From a virus, in IMG/VR virus record IMGVR_UViG_3300021963_000077, positions 1 to 64,000 of that record: a stretch of 64,000 nucleotides of DNA, one strand, 5' to 3'. The notes below the pieces were generated by a model. The model ran no database searches. It was not told where the DNA came from and worked only from the letters and a program-made list of their open reading frames with translations. Positions 35,907-45,363 of the stretch are shown here, in pieces (within the stretch, counting starts at the first letter, position 1; every line of letters starts with the position of its first letter). A program made the translations under genes and the position numbers.

Positions 35907-36296
35907 CTACACCATGAAATTATCTATAACTAAATTGGAACTCTTATTATCTTTGATATAAGCTTTTGTTGCTTCTTCTGGGGATTTGTACCTCGACGCA
36001 TACATCTCGGCTTCTGCTATTTCTGTTTCAAGATCCTTCATAAACTTGTCAAGGAAGTTGTCTGAAAATGTTTTGGAACGATTAATAGCTTTTTGTGCAT
36101 CAGTGATTGCTTGAACAAATGCTGATCTGATCTTTGACAATTTCTCATCGCCGCCAATTTCATAGTTCAGTGGCGGAAAGTTGGATACTCGATGAAGCTC
36201 AGCGAGACGTGCGTTGAGCTCTGCCTGTTTTTCAAGTTCGTCTTGGCTCAACGATTCTTCTTCAAGCCAGTCTGCTGAAATGTATGTAGCTGCCAT
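35907..36296 (-). CDS. small acidic hypothetical protein
   Basis: Start MAATY after GGAG RBS, directly after 1984-aa ORF. Confidence 0.65.
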   Translation of the reverse strand: MAATYISADWLEEESLSQDELEKQAELNARLAELHRVSNFPPLNYEIGGDEKLSKIRSAFVQAITDAQKAINRSKTFSDNFLDKFMKDLETEIAEAEMYASRYKSPEEATKAYIKDNKSSNLVIDNFMV

Positions 36297-36298
36297 GA

Positions 36299-39200
36299 CT
36301 ATCTCCAAACTCTATCGCCGTTTTCGTCAGCAATTCTAGCCAAGAAATTCGTTATATCTTGATAACTCCGAACACCTGGAATGGTTGCTGCCCCAGTACG
36401 ATTTAGAATAACAACAATATCTCCGTTGCTACCCATATTTACCGATGTAATTGCTTCGGTAAATTGGTCATCAGTAGTTTTATAAGAGTCATCATAAGTT
36501 GTCATTGCGTCAAAACCGCCAAATACTGAAATTGTTGATGCATTTGCGTGCATTATGACCTGTTGGGCCTTGCGGATCTCGTCATTATATTCTGTTTCAT
36601 CGTCGTTACGCGGGTTTGGTATTCTTGACATTTCTAACTGTAGCCAGTAATCAACAAACGCGTCAACATAAAGATTTAATCTATTTCTTACTTCATTACT
36701 AAAGTTTGTATCAAGTTGGTTAGATTTCTTTAAAGAAGCTATTTTGTCTGTAACCGCTTCAAAATCATTAATGTCAAGAGTTTGAGATGCTTGGCTGCCA
36801 TACCTTCCGCTTCTTCCAACAGCTTGTTCAAGCTCGCTAACGATTGTTTGTATCGTATTTGAGGCTGCTGTCATTTGGCGATAGTCAGCAAAGCGTGTGT
36901 TTCTTGGAAGAAGAATAACCATGCCAGCTGCGCCGTACCCACTGAGTCCAGGACCCGTAGCGAAATAATCTCCCCAGCCATAAGCTGTTCCGCCCTGACC
37001 AGCAGCAAAGCGTTCACCAGTTTGCCACTGCTGAACCATGTCGTCACCAGTTACTCCGGAAGATGGGCTCATGTAGCGGCTCAGGATTACCCACTTATGT
37101 TTCCCATTATCGTCTTTTTCAGCAAGCATGTTCGCTGCTTCTTCTTCGGTTACCTGAACAGGAAGGTCGCTGTAGCCGTTGACTGTAAACAAGGCAGCCA
37201 TCTGAGCTGCTCCGCCAGAAGAAGCTTCCTTAGTTGATCCCGGCAATTTTTTGGATTCATATGCATCCTTCATCGCAACGAGCAACTTTTTCTCGTCGTC
37301 GGTGATGGCTGGAGTTGGATTTAATGGCGAGACGTCGCTAAATAGTTTTCCAGATTTGTGTTGATCAACTATTTTTGTTATTTCGTCTGGTGTTCTGGTT
37401 ACATCAGGTACAACACCGAGTTCTGTCGGGTCAAGCCCTCCACCGACACGCGATTTGCCAGCTTTTCTGTCAATAGCTTTCTTTATTTGAGTGTTTGACC
37501 AATCAACATAGCTCTTGTATGACTTGCGTGCTGACTTTTGAACTTCTTCAAGAATTTTATCTTCCGAGAAAACTTCAGAAGCAATTTTTTCAAGTGATTC
37601 AACAAATTCACCATGACGTACTAACTCGCGTTTTTCAGACTCTTTGAACCCAGCCCCGGGTGTTTGGAATCTCTTTATTAAGTTATTCCGCGTTGAGAGT
37701 GAAGATGCATGAAGTGATTTGAGTTCTTCAAAAGCATCAACATAATCAGTACCGTCGCCAGAAAGGACTGCTTTGTTTATCTTGTTTATCAGTGATCTAA
37801 GGGTCATTTCACCGTAGTAATTTGATGCATGCTGACCTCGCGGCCCGCGCCAATCGTACAGATTACGCGCGCGTGTGCGAACTATTTGCTTCCACCCAGA
37901 TGGCAAAATAATGTTATTGTCCTTAAATAGTTTATCTAAGTACTCATCAATTGTTTTTGGTGGGTTTGCATCATCCCAAGCGCTGTCTACTGCAGTAGAA
38001 CTTAGATTGGCAACTGCAGAAATAGCGTTTGAATATCCAACGTCTGAGATATCAAAGCTAGGCGCATAAGCCAAAACAGTTGGAAGGCTGACACCGCGAC
38101 CACCTGAACCAAAAACAAAAGATGTAGCGGCGCCTTTTGATAGCGGTTCATCTTTTGGAAATAGGTATTCAAGCAAATCACCAATTGTGGTTATACCTTT
38201 CATGTCATTTAACCAGCCTGGCCGACTGTAGGCATTTTTGGCTAATTGACTGTCAACTAAAAAGTCTACGGACTCAGACCAGGTCTTAAATGCTGGATTA
38301 GAGCTGGTGCCGACACCTGGGACAAGTGACTGGTTTTTACCATCAACCCTGACAGATGGGTACTTGACCTGACCTGGCCCACGGCTAGAAACTATTTGCG
38401 GAAGTGGTTGAGCTTTTGCAGAAAGCGCAACATCCACCGAGTCAACAACAATTTGATCTGAAACATCAACTGCGAATCCAGTATCTGGGTCAACCCATAG
38501 AACCGTACCCTTCGGATCACCCTTAGGAATCAAGCCAGTTACATCAGCGCCACGCCAGGTAGAAGGTGATCCACTTGCTGGCTTGCGTTGTGCAGGAGGT
38601 GCAGGAGGTGCAGGAGGTTGCGGCGGAGCAACGGGGGTTTTACCCGTAGCCGAAGGCTTTAAAGCCTGTTGTGTAGTTGTTGGTGAGGTCGTTTTCTTAT
38701 ATGTAACCCAGTTAACAGTCGGGTCATCTTGGCCTGCATCAGCAACTATACGATGAGCAACGAGCTCGTCATTTTCAACGATTCGGTAAGTCCTACCCAG
38801 CTTACGATCATCTTTTGGACCGTACTCATATTCCCACATTTGAATGTATGTGTCACCAGAATCATTCTTCTTATCAAATATACCAAGAACTGTTACGTCG
38901 TCATCTCCAGCACCTTTTGGAGCAAGTGTTGGAATATTATTTTGTGCCTCATCTGAATCAGTTAGATCGTTCCATCCACCAGTCGCCCGCAGGATTGCTT
39001 TAAACCTATCTTGTAGGTCAGACCATTCAGCAGCGTCAAATAATTCCATTATCACGCTGTCTACGGAATAGCCAAGGCTTTCTGCTTCCGCTGTATCAAC
39101 AAACCTAAGCGGGTACGCCCTATTGGCGGGATCTTTCACGGCTTCAGAAACGTCTTGTGTTTCTGGCGTAGCTACGGCGTTGTCTTTTTTCCTATTTGAA

Positions 39201-42200
39201 ACCGATATAAATGCATGCAGCAAATCATCTTCGCTGAGCGGTTCATCGTCATCATCCTTAGGTATGAAAGGAAATACTTTTATTAGGCCAATTTCAACCT
39301 CAACCTCAACATCATCTTCATTAAACTGGCTGACCCTAACCAAGTATGCCCGCGACTTCCCACCATTAATGGAATCAAAATCAACCATAATCATGCGCTG
39401 ATCGGGTGAAAGCATTACCTTTACTGGCTTTTGTCCATCTTCTGCGTTGGGCGGAACAAGAGCTCCAATAAGCTCATATTCTTGCGGAGTCAAATCCTGT
39501 TCGTCGTTGGAGTTATACGCATCAGTAATATCTTTCCAATATCTCGGAGGTTTTCCAGTCCTAGACATGTCTGCCAGGTCTCTTGTCTCCTGTGCCATCC
39601 CATCAAAGTCATCATTATCTCTCACGTAATTATTTGATGGTATTGATCCGCCCCTATTGACAAGACTTGAAGATACGCCATTTACTTCAAATGTGCTGTC
39701 TTTATCTTTTACATACGATTCGCTTAAGAATGGAGTCTTGGCATTGGCCCTAGCTTCTGTGTAGCTTGTCATTATGTCGCCAAAAAACTTTTCAGCTTCT
39801 TTATCATCTTCGTCTGCTGGTGTGGGAGATTTTGGTGTCAGCGCAATAAAGAAATGAGGTAGGTCGCTATCTTTACCAGCGTCTCGTATCGCCATACCGT
39901 TTTCATCAACTGGAACATCTGGAACGATGCGTAGACCAAGGCGTTCAGTATTGTCAGTTTCATCATATATGTCGTATATGCGTGCTGTCTTTCTATTTCC
40001 ATCAGCGTCGTCATACTCGATTACATAGAGATTTATGCCCTTAAGGGTGTTGGCAGCAAGTAGCACCTCACTATTTTTTAGGCGAATTCCGGTAAGTTTT
40101 TCAAGTTTATCGGTATCGTAAAAATCATCCAACCATTTTGATATTGCTCCGAAGTCTGGATCACGACTTACCTGGGCATCAAAGTCCCTGACACTGTTTT
40201 TGAATAAATCGGTCTCTGGCGAGTAATTGAGTACATCATCAATTTGTAGACCCAAATCGTCTATTGCTGTTTCTGAAATGAAATCAGCAGGATCATACTC
40301 TTTATCGGAGTCTGTATCTTTTGGGGTAGGTGGAGCCGGGGGAGCAGGGGGAGCCGGAGGAGCCTTCGGAGTCCTTGTGGGCTTTGGAGTTGATGGAGCC
40401 TGCGGAGCAGGTGTTTTATTCGCATCGTCATCACTAGTGCTTGTCGCAGAAATGTTAGCTGCATCCAATATTGCTTTACGCAGTTTTGGCTTTATGTCGT
40501 TGAACTTGGAGAAGTCGTCATTCTCCTCTATGTCGCTAAGCACTAAGAAGTTATGGAGATATGTTTTTAAGATCCCAGCCCGTTGACCATCTGTTTTCTC
40601 TAGTTCAGCCAAGAAATCAAGAATTTCGTCTTCGCTGAGTTCATCCTTTTTCTTCTTGCCGAGGCGCTTGCGCCAGCCCTTATCTAGTGAATCTAAAGCA
40701 AGAAGCGCCTCACTCTTAACTGAAGATTTTTGATCATCCGAGAGCGTGTCCCAGTCAGGAAGTAGTTCACCTTTTTGTTTTACTGTCTGCTTATTTGCTG
40801 GAAAGAAAAGCCCGGATCGGTTTGTTTTAGATAGAGCTACCCTGCGACGCCGCGAACGATCAGAGTCTTTTTTGGGTCTGACAAATCTAAAGCGTCTCTT
40901 CTTGGGGGCATCGGTGGTATCTGGAACATCTACATCAGGAGCATTTGTTGGCGTTGGTGCCTTTGGCTCTGTGTATGTTTCGTCAAGTACTTCTGATGCT
41001 GTTTCGCCAAGGCGCCTAGCAACTCTGTCACGGAGCCTATCGGTATTACGAGGCTTGCGACCCTTAATCTTTCGTTCCTTCTTTACCTTCGGTTCTTTTG
41101 GCGGCTTGGGGGTACGATCTTCAATATCGCGAACCATGTCTCTGGCCAAGCGTCTACGACTCTTTGGTACACGCCTCTTTTCGGCACGATCAACCGCTGG
41201 GGGTGTTTCTGGCTTTGAGCCACGCACTTTGCGAGGGGTTTTGCGCTTACCTCTAGGTAGTTTGGTAACTGAATCTTTGGGAGTCTCTCGTAGCTCTGCG
41301 CTACGTACTCGCCTGCCACGACGACGCTTTTTGGCTGTGGCTTCTATTTCTTGCGTTGCTTCTCTGATGCGCCTCGCTTGACGACGCGACTGACCAGAAG
41401 GTTTATCTCCGATATCTCGCAGCTTGCCCGCTCCGGACTCTAAGCTTTCAGCTATGCGTGATGCGACTATCTGAGTGCGTGTTTTATCAGCGTTTGCAGC
41501 CCGACGCGCATAACGACGACCATACTTATCAAGTCGCCCCTGTTGTCTACGTTCTCCAGCTGACTCAAGAGTTTGTCCTAGCTTTCCCAGCTTTTGCAGG
41601 TCATCCCCAGAAGCAGCGATTAAGCCACGGCCAATTCTTCTAGTTGCACCCAGTGTGCACCCACGCCCAAATCTGTTTGTAAATTGACCAGCCGTGTCCC
41701 CAGCGTTAGGAGGACATCTCCATCCACCACCTGGCTTGGCATCTGGATCCCAGACTGCACGCACGCCCTTCACATGTAGCAATAGTGAAGAAATGTCCTT
41801 ATCAAGAATAAACGCCTTGACTTTGTAGTCAATTAGGTGCTGCTTGTAGGTGACATCTATTGATGCAATTAGTGCATCAGTAACTGGCCACATATCAATT
41901 TCGTCGCCGTCTTCCTCAAACTCGTCATAGATAGACGAAATGAACTCATCGTCTGGAAGACTTTTTGACTCAATTATTAGGACTTTACTTTCTTGGCTAT
42001 CAACTATTGATGTTGGCAAAAAGTTTGAATATTCAGAGTTTGCCGAAGTTACAACTGTCGGCTTAGAGCTAAATAGATGAGATGGCAGAATTGAATCAAG
42101 ATCACTGATGTCAATATCTTGATTGTTGAACCACCTAGCAAATGTTTTAGAGCGATCAGTATTGCCATAGGCAACATATTTGTTATTCACATTAAGCAGT

Positions 42201-42253
42201 ACAGCGAATAGCGAATCTGATTCAGAATCTCTAATATCAATAACTTTAGCCAT
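36299..42253 (-). CDS. 1984-aa giant multidomain protein with C-terminal ART-like domain
   Basis: WRCPP...AGQFT...C motif; Lys/Arg-rich segment; PPAPPA linkers; ILSRY...GQGGTAYGWGDYFA...LLPRNTRFADY. Confidence 0.7.
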   Translation of the reverse strand: MAKVIDIRDSESDSLFAVLLNVNNKYVAYGNTDRSKTFARWFNNQDIDISDLDSILPSHLFSSKPTVVTSANSEYSNFLPTSIVDSQESKVLIIESKSLPDDEFISSIYDEFEEDGDEIDMWPVTDALIASIDVTYKQHLIDYKVKAFILDKDISSLLLHVKGVRAVWDPDAKPGGGWRCPPNAGDTAGQFTNRFGRGCTLGATRRIGRGLIAASGDDLQKLGKLGQTLESAGERRQQGRLDKYGRRYARRAANADKTRTQIVASRIAESLESGAGKLRDIGDKPSGQSRRQARRIREATQEIEATAKKRRRGRRVRSAELRETPKDSVTKLPRGKRKTPRKVRGSKPETPPAVDRAEKRRVPKSRRRLARDMVRDIEDRTPKPPKEPKVKKERKIKGRKPRNTDRLRDRVARRLGETASEVLDETYTEPKAPTPTNAPDVDVPDTTDAPKKRRFRFVRPKKDSDRSRRRRVALSKTNRSGLFFPANKQTVKQKGELLPDWDTLSDDQKSSVKSEALLALDSLDKGWRKRLGKKKKDELSEDEILDFLAELEKTDGQRAGILKTYLHNFLVLSDIEENDDFSKFNDIKPKLRKAILDAANISATSTSDDDANKTPAPQAPSTPKPTRTPKAPPAPPAPPAPPTPKDTDSDKEYDPADFISETAIDDLGLQIDDVLNYSPETDLFKNSVRDFDAQVSRDPDFGAISKWLDDFYDTDKLEKLTGIRLKNSEVLLAANTLKGINLYVIEYDDADGNRKTARIYDIYDETDNTERLGLRIVPDVPVDENGMAIRDAGKDSDLPHFFIALTPKSPTPADEDDKEAEKFFGDIMTSYTEARANAKTPFLSESYVKDKDSTFEVNGVSSSLVNRGGSIPSNNYVRDNDDFDGMAQETRDLADMSRTGKPPRYWKDITDAYNSNDEQDLTPQEYELIGALVPPNAEDGQKPVKVMLSPDQRMIMVDFDSINGGKSRAYLVRVSQFNEDDVEVEVEIGLIKVFPFIPKDDDDEPLSEDDLLHAFISVSNRKKDNAVATPETQDVSEAVKDPANRAYPLRFVDTAEAESLGYSVDSVIMELFDAAEWSDLQDRFKAILRATGGWNDLTDSDEAQNNIPTLAPKGAGDDDVTVLGIFDKKNDSGDTYIQMWEYEYGPKDDRKLGRTYRIVENDELVAHRIVADAGQDDPTVNWVTYKKTTSPTTTQQALKPSATGKTPVAPPQPPAPPAPPAQRKPASGSPSTWRGADVTGLIPKGDPKGTVLWVDPDTGFAVDVSDQIVVDSVDVALSAKAQPLPQIVSSRGPGQVKYPSVRVDGKNQSLVPGVGTSSNPAFKTWSESVDFLVDSQLAKNAYSRPGWLNDMKGITTIGDLLEYLFPKDEPLSKGAATSFVFGSGGRGVSLPTVLAYAPSFDISDVGYSNAISAVANLSSTAVDSAWDDANPPKTIDEYLDKLFKDNNIILPSGWKQIVRTRARNLYDWRGPRGQHASNYYGEMTLRSLINKINKAVLSGDGTDYVDAFEELKSLHASSLSTRNNLIKRFQTPGAGFKESEKRELVRHGEFVESLEKIASEVFSEDKILEEVQKSARKSYKSYVDWSNTQIKKAIDRKAGKSRVGGGLDPTELGVVPDVTRTPDEITKIVDQHKSGKLFSDVSPLNPTPAITDDEKKLLVAMKDAYESKKLPGSTKEASSGGAAQMAALFTVNGYSDLPVQVTEEEAANMLAEKDDNGKHKWVILSRYMSPSSGVTGDDMVQQWQTGERFAAGQGGTAYGWGDYFATGPGLSGYGAAGMVILLPRNTRFADYRQMTAASNTIQTIVSELEQAVGRSGRYGSQASQTLDINDFEAVTDKIASLKKSNQLDTNFSNEVRNRLNLYVDAFVDYWLQLEMSRIPNPRNDDETEYNDEIRKAQQVIMHANASTISVFGGFDAMTTYDDSYKTTDDQFTEAITSVNMGSNGDIVVILNRTGAATIPGVRSYQDITNFLARIADENGDRVWR

Positions 42254-44268
42254 TACTTTAGTCCAATAACCTTCAAGAACTGTTCTTTTGACTTACCAAG
42301 GCGTGTTACGCGAGATTTGTATATCTGCTCAACAATGGAAAGATGTTGTTTTTCATTTGAACTCAATTCGCCGTCAAACATCAATTTTTTACGGAACTCG
42401 TCAAACTGAAAGTTTTTGGCTCGTTCAAGCAGCCTCTCCAACAACATAATAACATTCCTGCGTTGTAGTGCAGAAAGTTTCTCAAAATGCGCCAATATTT
42501 CCTGCTGTCTTCTGTCAAAGTATTCATTAATGGCACTCATTGAGTCCGAACTAGCTCCTGCTCCATCGGACATATTTGCGACCGCTGTTAGGCGGCCACC
42601 ACGCCTATAAATATCGAGTGACTCCGGGTTTCTGGGCTTTGAGTTCGTCAGGTAATCACTCACGGCTATTGATATAAGGCTTTGTGGATCAACGTCACTA
42701 AGTTTTGCATCAACTAACTCATCATCATCACCCATTACGGTGCTAGTCGCTTCTGTTAAGTATGGTGCTCTTGGGCCCTGGCCGAGACGCCATGTTCTCG
42801 GTGACTTGATTCCAAGTGCAGAGTCTAGCTCTGACCTAAACCGCTGATTTACATACTCAAACTGGCTTACTTTTGAGTGCTCAAAATATCTAGCATTAGC
42901 TCCACCATCGTGAAGAATTATTCCATTTTTAATCTTGCCAGTTCTATACAAAGAACTGCGCTTTAAAGCAGCAGCCAATATTAAGGAAGAAACTCTGTCA
43001 ATTGATCCACCGTTGTTTAAGTGGCGGACAGCTGCGGCTAGATCGCTTATCCTTTCACCAAATTCTGGCTCGTTGTTTGAAATTGAACCGCGCTCAATCT
43101 TTGGGCGTTTGCCTCCCTTTGCGCGCAGTAGCGTCTCGTAATACCAGCGACGAATCATTTTCTTATTTTTTGATCCGGGTAGTGAAACTTCAACTAGTTC
43201 ATTTGGGTTTGTAATGTTCTTAAAATCTTCTTCATATTTTATGGCGTCGCCCATTTCGGCAGCTATTGCTTTCATTCGTGCTGCTGGGTCAGAAGCCGTG
43301 CTAACGCTATTGACAGATCTTACAGTTCTGCCTAGTTTCCTACGCTCACCAATCGTTAATGGACGAGCTTTTGAAATAGATAAAGTTGCACCCTTTGGAA
43401 GAATGTATTTTAGTTGCAAAATACCAGTATTGGACAGAAGGCCCAATTCGTCTTCGGGGGCTACATCGCTGAGCGCAACAACGGATGTTATGTATGTTGC
43501 GCCTTCCATGTCTCTATTGTCTGGAACTGTCCTCAGCACTGCAGGAGATACAACTGGTGTCAGAACAAAACCATCACGACGGATCATTCTCGTATTTTTT
43601 CCAGGCACACCAGCCATAGCTGTTGTTATTGAATCAATTGAACGGCGTGACGCGCGGGAGTTTGATGCTGAAACTTTTGGAATCTGTGGATCACGGACAG
43701 ATGTAACTTGTCCCTGTGTTGCAATGCCTCTAACGATTCGTCCAGAAACGCCATCGCCAATACCCCTACGCCTATCTGTTGGGGTAGTTATTTGAGCAAT
43801 TGACTCTCCAAGTTGCTTGGCAATTTCAAACAACTTCTTGCCACATGTTGAAAACCGCGAATCAGTGAACCGTCCGCCATATTGATAGCCTTCTGGACAC
43901 CTGTAGCCTCGATCTGGTTTTACGAAACCAGCACCAGGGAGATTGCCTCCGCCTGGAGTTAATGCCGATGTTACTCCAGAACGTATGGGGCTTCTGTATT
44001 TTGAGATGTTCCCAGGGGTAATAAATCCACCAAGCGCCTGTACTCCTTGTAGGTAGCGACTTGATGAGCCGGTAAGGCCAACCTTGTAGTAAATGGATTT
44101 ATGATTTCCATTTCTTTTCGCCAGACACTTGTAGTCAATGACGTCTTGAGTTTTGCCAGCAGTATCCAGCGGGAGCTTGTATACCTGCGCTTGCTTTACG
44201 GCAAGAGCTGGCATGTATGTGCGCTTCTTTAGACCACGCGGTTTATCGCAATCTTCACAACATGCCAT
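42253..44268 (-). CDS. head-locus protein with RCP..GG.FT motif and degenerate HipA/PI3K-like C-terminal domain
   Basis: YRCPEGYQYGGRFTDSRFSTC; SELDSALGIKSP...SDYLTNSKPRNPESL. Confidence 0.65.
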   Translation of the reverse strand: MACCEDCDKPRGLKKRTYMPALAVKQAQVYKLPLDTAGKTQDVIDYKCLAKRNGNHKSIYYKVGLTGSSSRYLQGVQALGGFITPGNISKYRSPIRSGVTSALTPGGGNLPGAGFVKPDRGYRCPEGYQYGGRFTDSRFSTCGKKLFEIAKQLGESIAQITTPTDRRRGIGDGVSGRIVRGIATQGQVTSVRDPQIPKVSASNSRASRRSIDSITTAMAGVPGKNTRMIRRDGFVLTPVVSPAVLRTVPDNRDMEGATYITSVVALSDVAPEDELGLLSNTGILQLKYILPKGATLSISKARPLTIGERRKLGRTVRSVNSVSTASDPAARMKAIAAEMGDAIKYEEDFKNITNPNELVEVSLPGSKNKKMIRRWYYETLLRAKGGKRPKIERGSISNNEPEFGERISDLAAAVRHLNNGGSIDRVSSLILAAALKRSSLYRTGKIKNGIILHDGGANARYFEHSKVSQFEYVNQRFRSELDSALGIKSPRTWRLGQGPRAPYLTEATSTVMGDDDELVDAKLSDVDPQSLISIAVSDYLTNSKPRNPESLDIYRRGGRLTAVANMSDGAGASSDSMSAINEYFDRRQQEILAHFEKLSALQRRNVIMLLERLLERAKNFQFDEFRKKLMFDGELSSNEKQHLSIVEQIYKSRVTRLGKSKEQFLKVIGLK

Positions 44269-44269
44269 T

Positions 44270-44962
44270 TCAGAATCCCGAGCACTTCCCGCATTCACAT
44301 TCAGATTGCTCTGGTTTCCACCACTCATGCGGAACTTCAGTTTCTTCGTCAGCATCACCAATATGTATCCAGTTGCTGTCATCTGCTATGTACATAGCAA
44401 ATTGCGGCTCCATTTCAACAAAATCACGCAATACTAGGTTTGCGTGCTCAAAGTCTGCGTCTGTGATCACTGGAACAAACGGCTCGTTTGGTGCAATTAC
44501 TCCCGACCACTCCATCTCTTTACGTCCTTGGCGAGATGTGAGCTTCCTCAGCCTGTCATCAAATTCGCGATCAGACCATACACTGCCCCTCACGACGCCT
44601 TTCATTTTGCGACGGCAGTTCTTCATTCCTGGATGGTGACATCCCTCATTTGGCCATAGTCCAGTAGTCTCGTGGTGTAGCCAGGCGCAAATATTATTCA
44701 GGGGGTATAGCTCTGGGTGGTCAGCAAGAATCACACGACAGCGCCTAAAACCACCTGGCTTTTTCATTATCGGACGCCAATAGCGCAGCAGTCTCTCTAG
44801 GTTGCCTCTTCTTGGGCCATATCCACGAAGCACATCACCAGTAACTGCCTCTTGGGCAACAACATCTATGCCTGAAGCATTCTGTAGAGCGTTTAGCTGA
44901 GATGCGCCTGGCGCTTTTTTAATAACTATATTGTTTATCTCTGCAAAGTGTTCAAATGTCAT
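44270..44962 (-). CDS. actinophage head-associated protein
   Basis: GNLERLLRYW...PGGFRRC...CAWLHHETTGLWP. Confidence 0.7.
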   Translation of the reverse strand: MTFEHFAEINNIVIKKAPGASQLNALQNASGIDVVAQEAVTGDVLRGYGPRRGNLERLLRYWRPIMKKPGGFRRCRVILADHPELYPLNNICAWLHHETTGLWPNEGCHHPGMKNCRRKMKGVVRGSVWSDREFDDRLRKLTSRQGRKEMEWSGVIAPNEPFVPVITDADFEHANLVLRDFVEMEPQFAMYIADDSNWIHIGDADEETEVPHEWWKPEQSECECGKCSGF

Positions 44963-45363
44963 TGCTCATCCAGTTCTTTCAATAATTTTTCAAGCTGTTT
45001 GCGGGAACCATCTGGGAGGTTTTTGGCAATTTGGCGCAATTTAGCAAACTGTTCTGGCGATGCTTTTATCGAGTTAAGCTCCGTATTTCTAAGCTCAGAA
45101 CTTGGACTAACTGCGAATACATCTTTTATTCCACTCACTACATTAGCATCTTCAATAATCCCAGAAATGTCAGAAGCAGACATTGGCCTAGATCTCGCGC
45201 GATCTGAAATTTGTGGCTTGAAGCGATCCATTGAGTCATTGAATCCAGACTTATTAGGCTCGTATCCACCGCTCTTTACGCTCTTTGGCGGCTTAACACT
45301 TACCAAGGAGTCTTTTGAACTAGACAGTTCCTCGTAAAGTTTTTCATGTGCTCTGCTACTCAT
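44959..45363 (-). CDS. hypothetical protein
   Basis: Start MSSRAH, ATGA-coupled to 1445-aa ORF. Confidence 0.6.
   Translation of the reverse strand: MSSRAHEKLYEELSSSKDSLVSVKPPKSVKSGGYEPNKSGFNDSMDRFKPQISDRARSRPMSASDISGIIEDANVVSGIKDVFAVSPSSELRNTELNSIKASPEQFAKLRQIAKNLPDGSRKQLEKLLKELDEQ

Noticed and set aside
40746-41381. 211-aa plus-strand ORF and other long antisense ORFs (43214, 46879, 14954, 11085)
   Set aside because: Antisense shadows of well-supported genes, Ser/Leu/Phe-rich, without RBS or motifs
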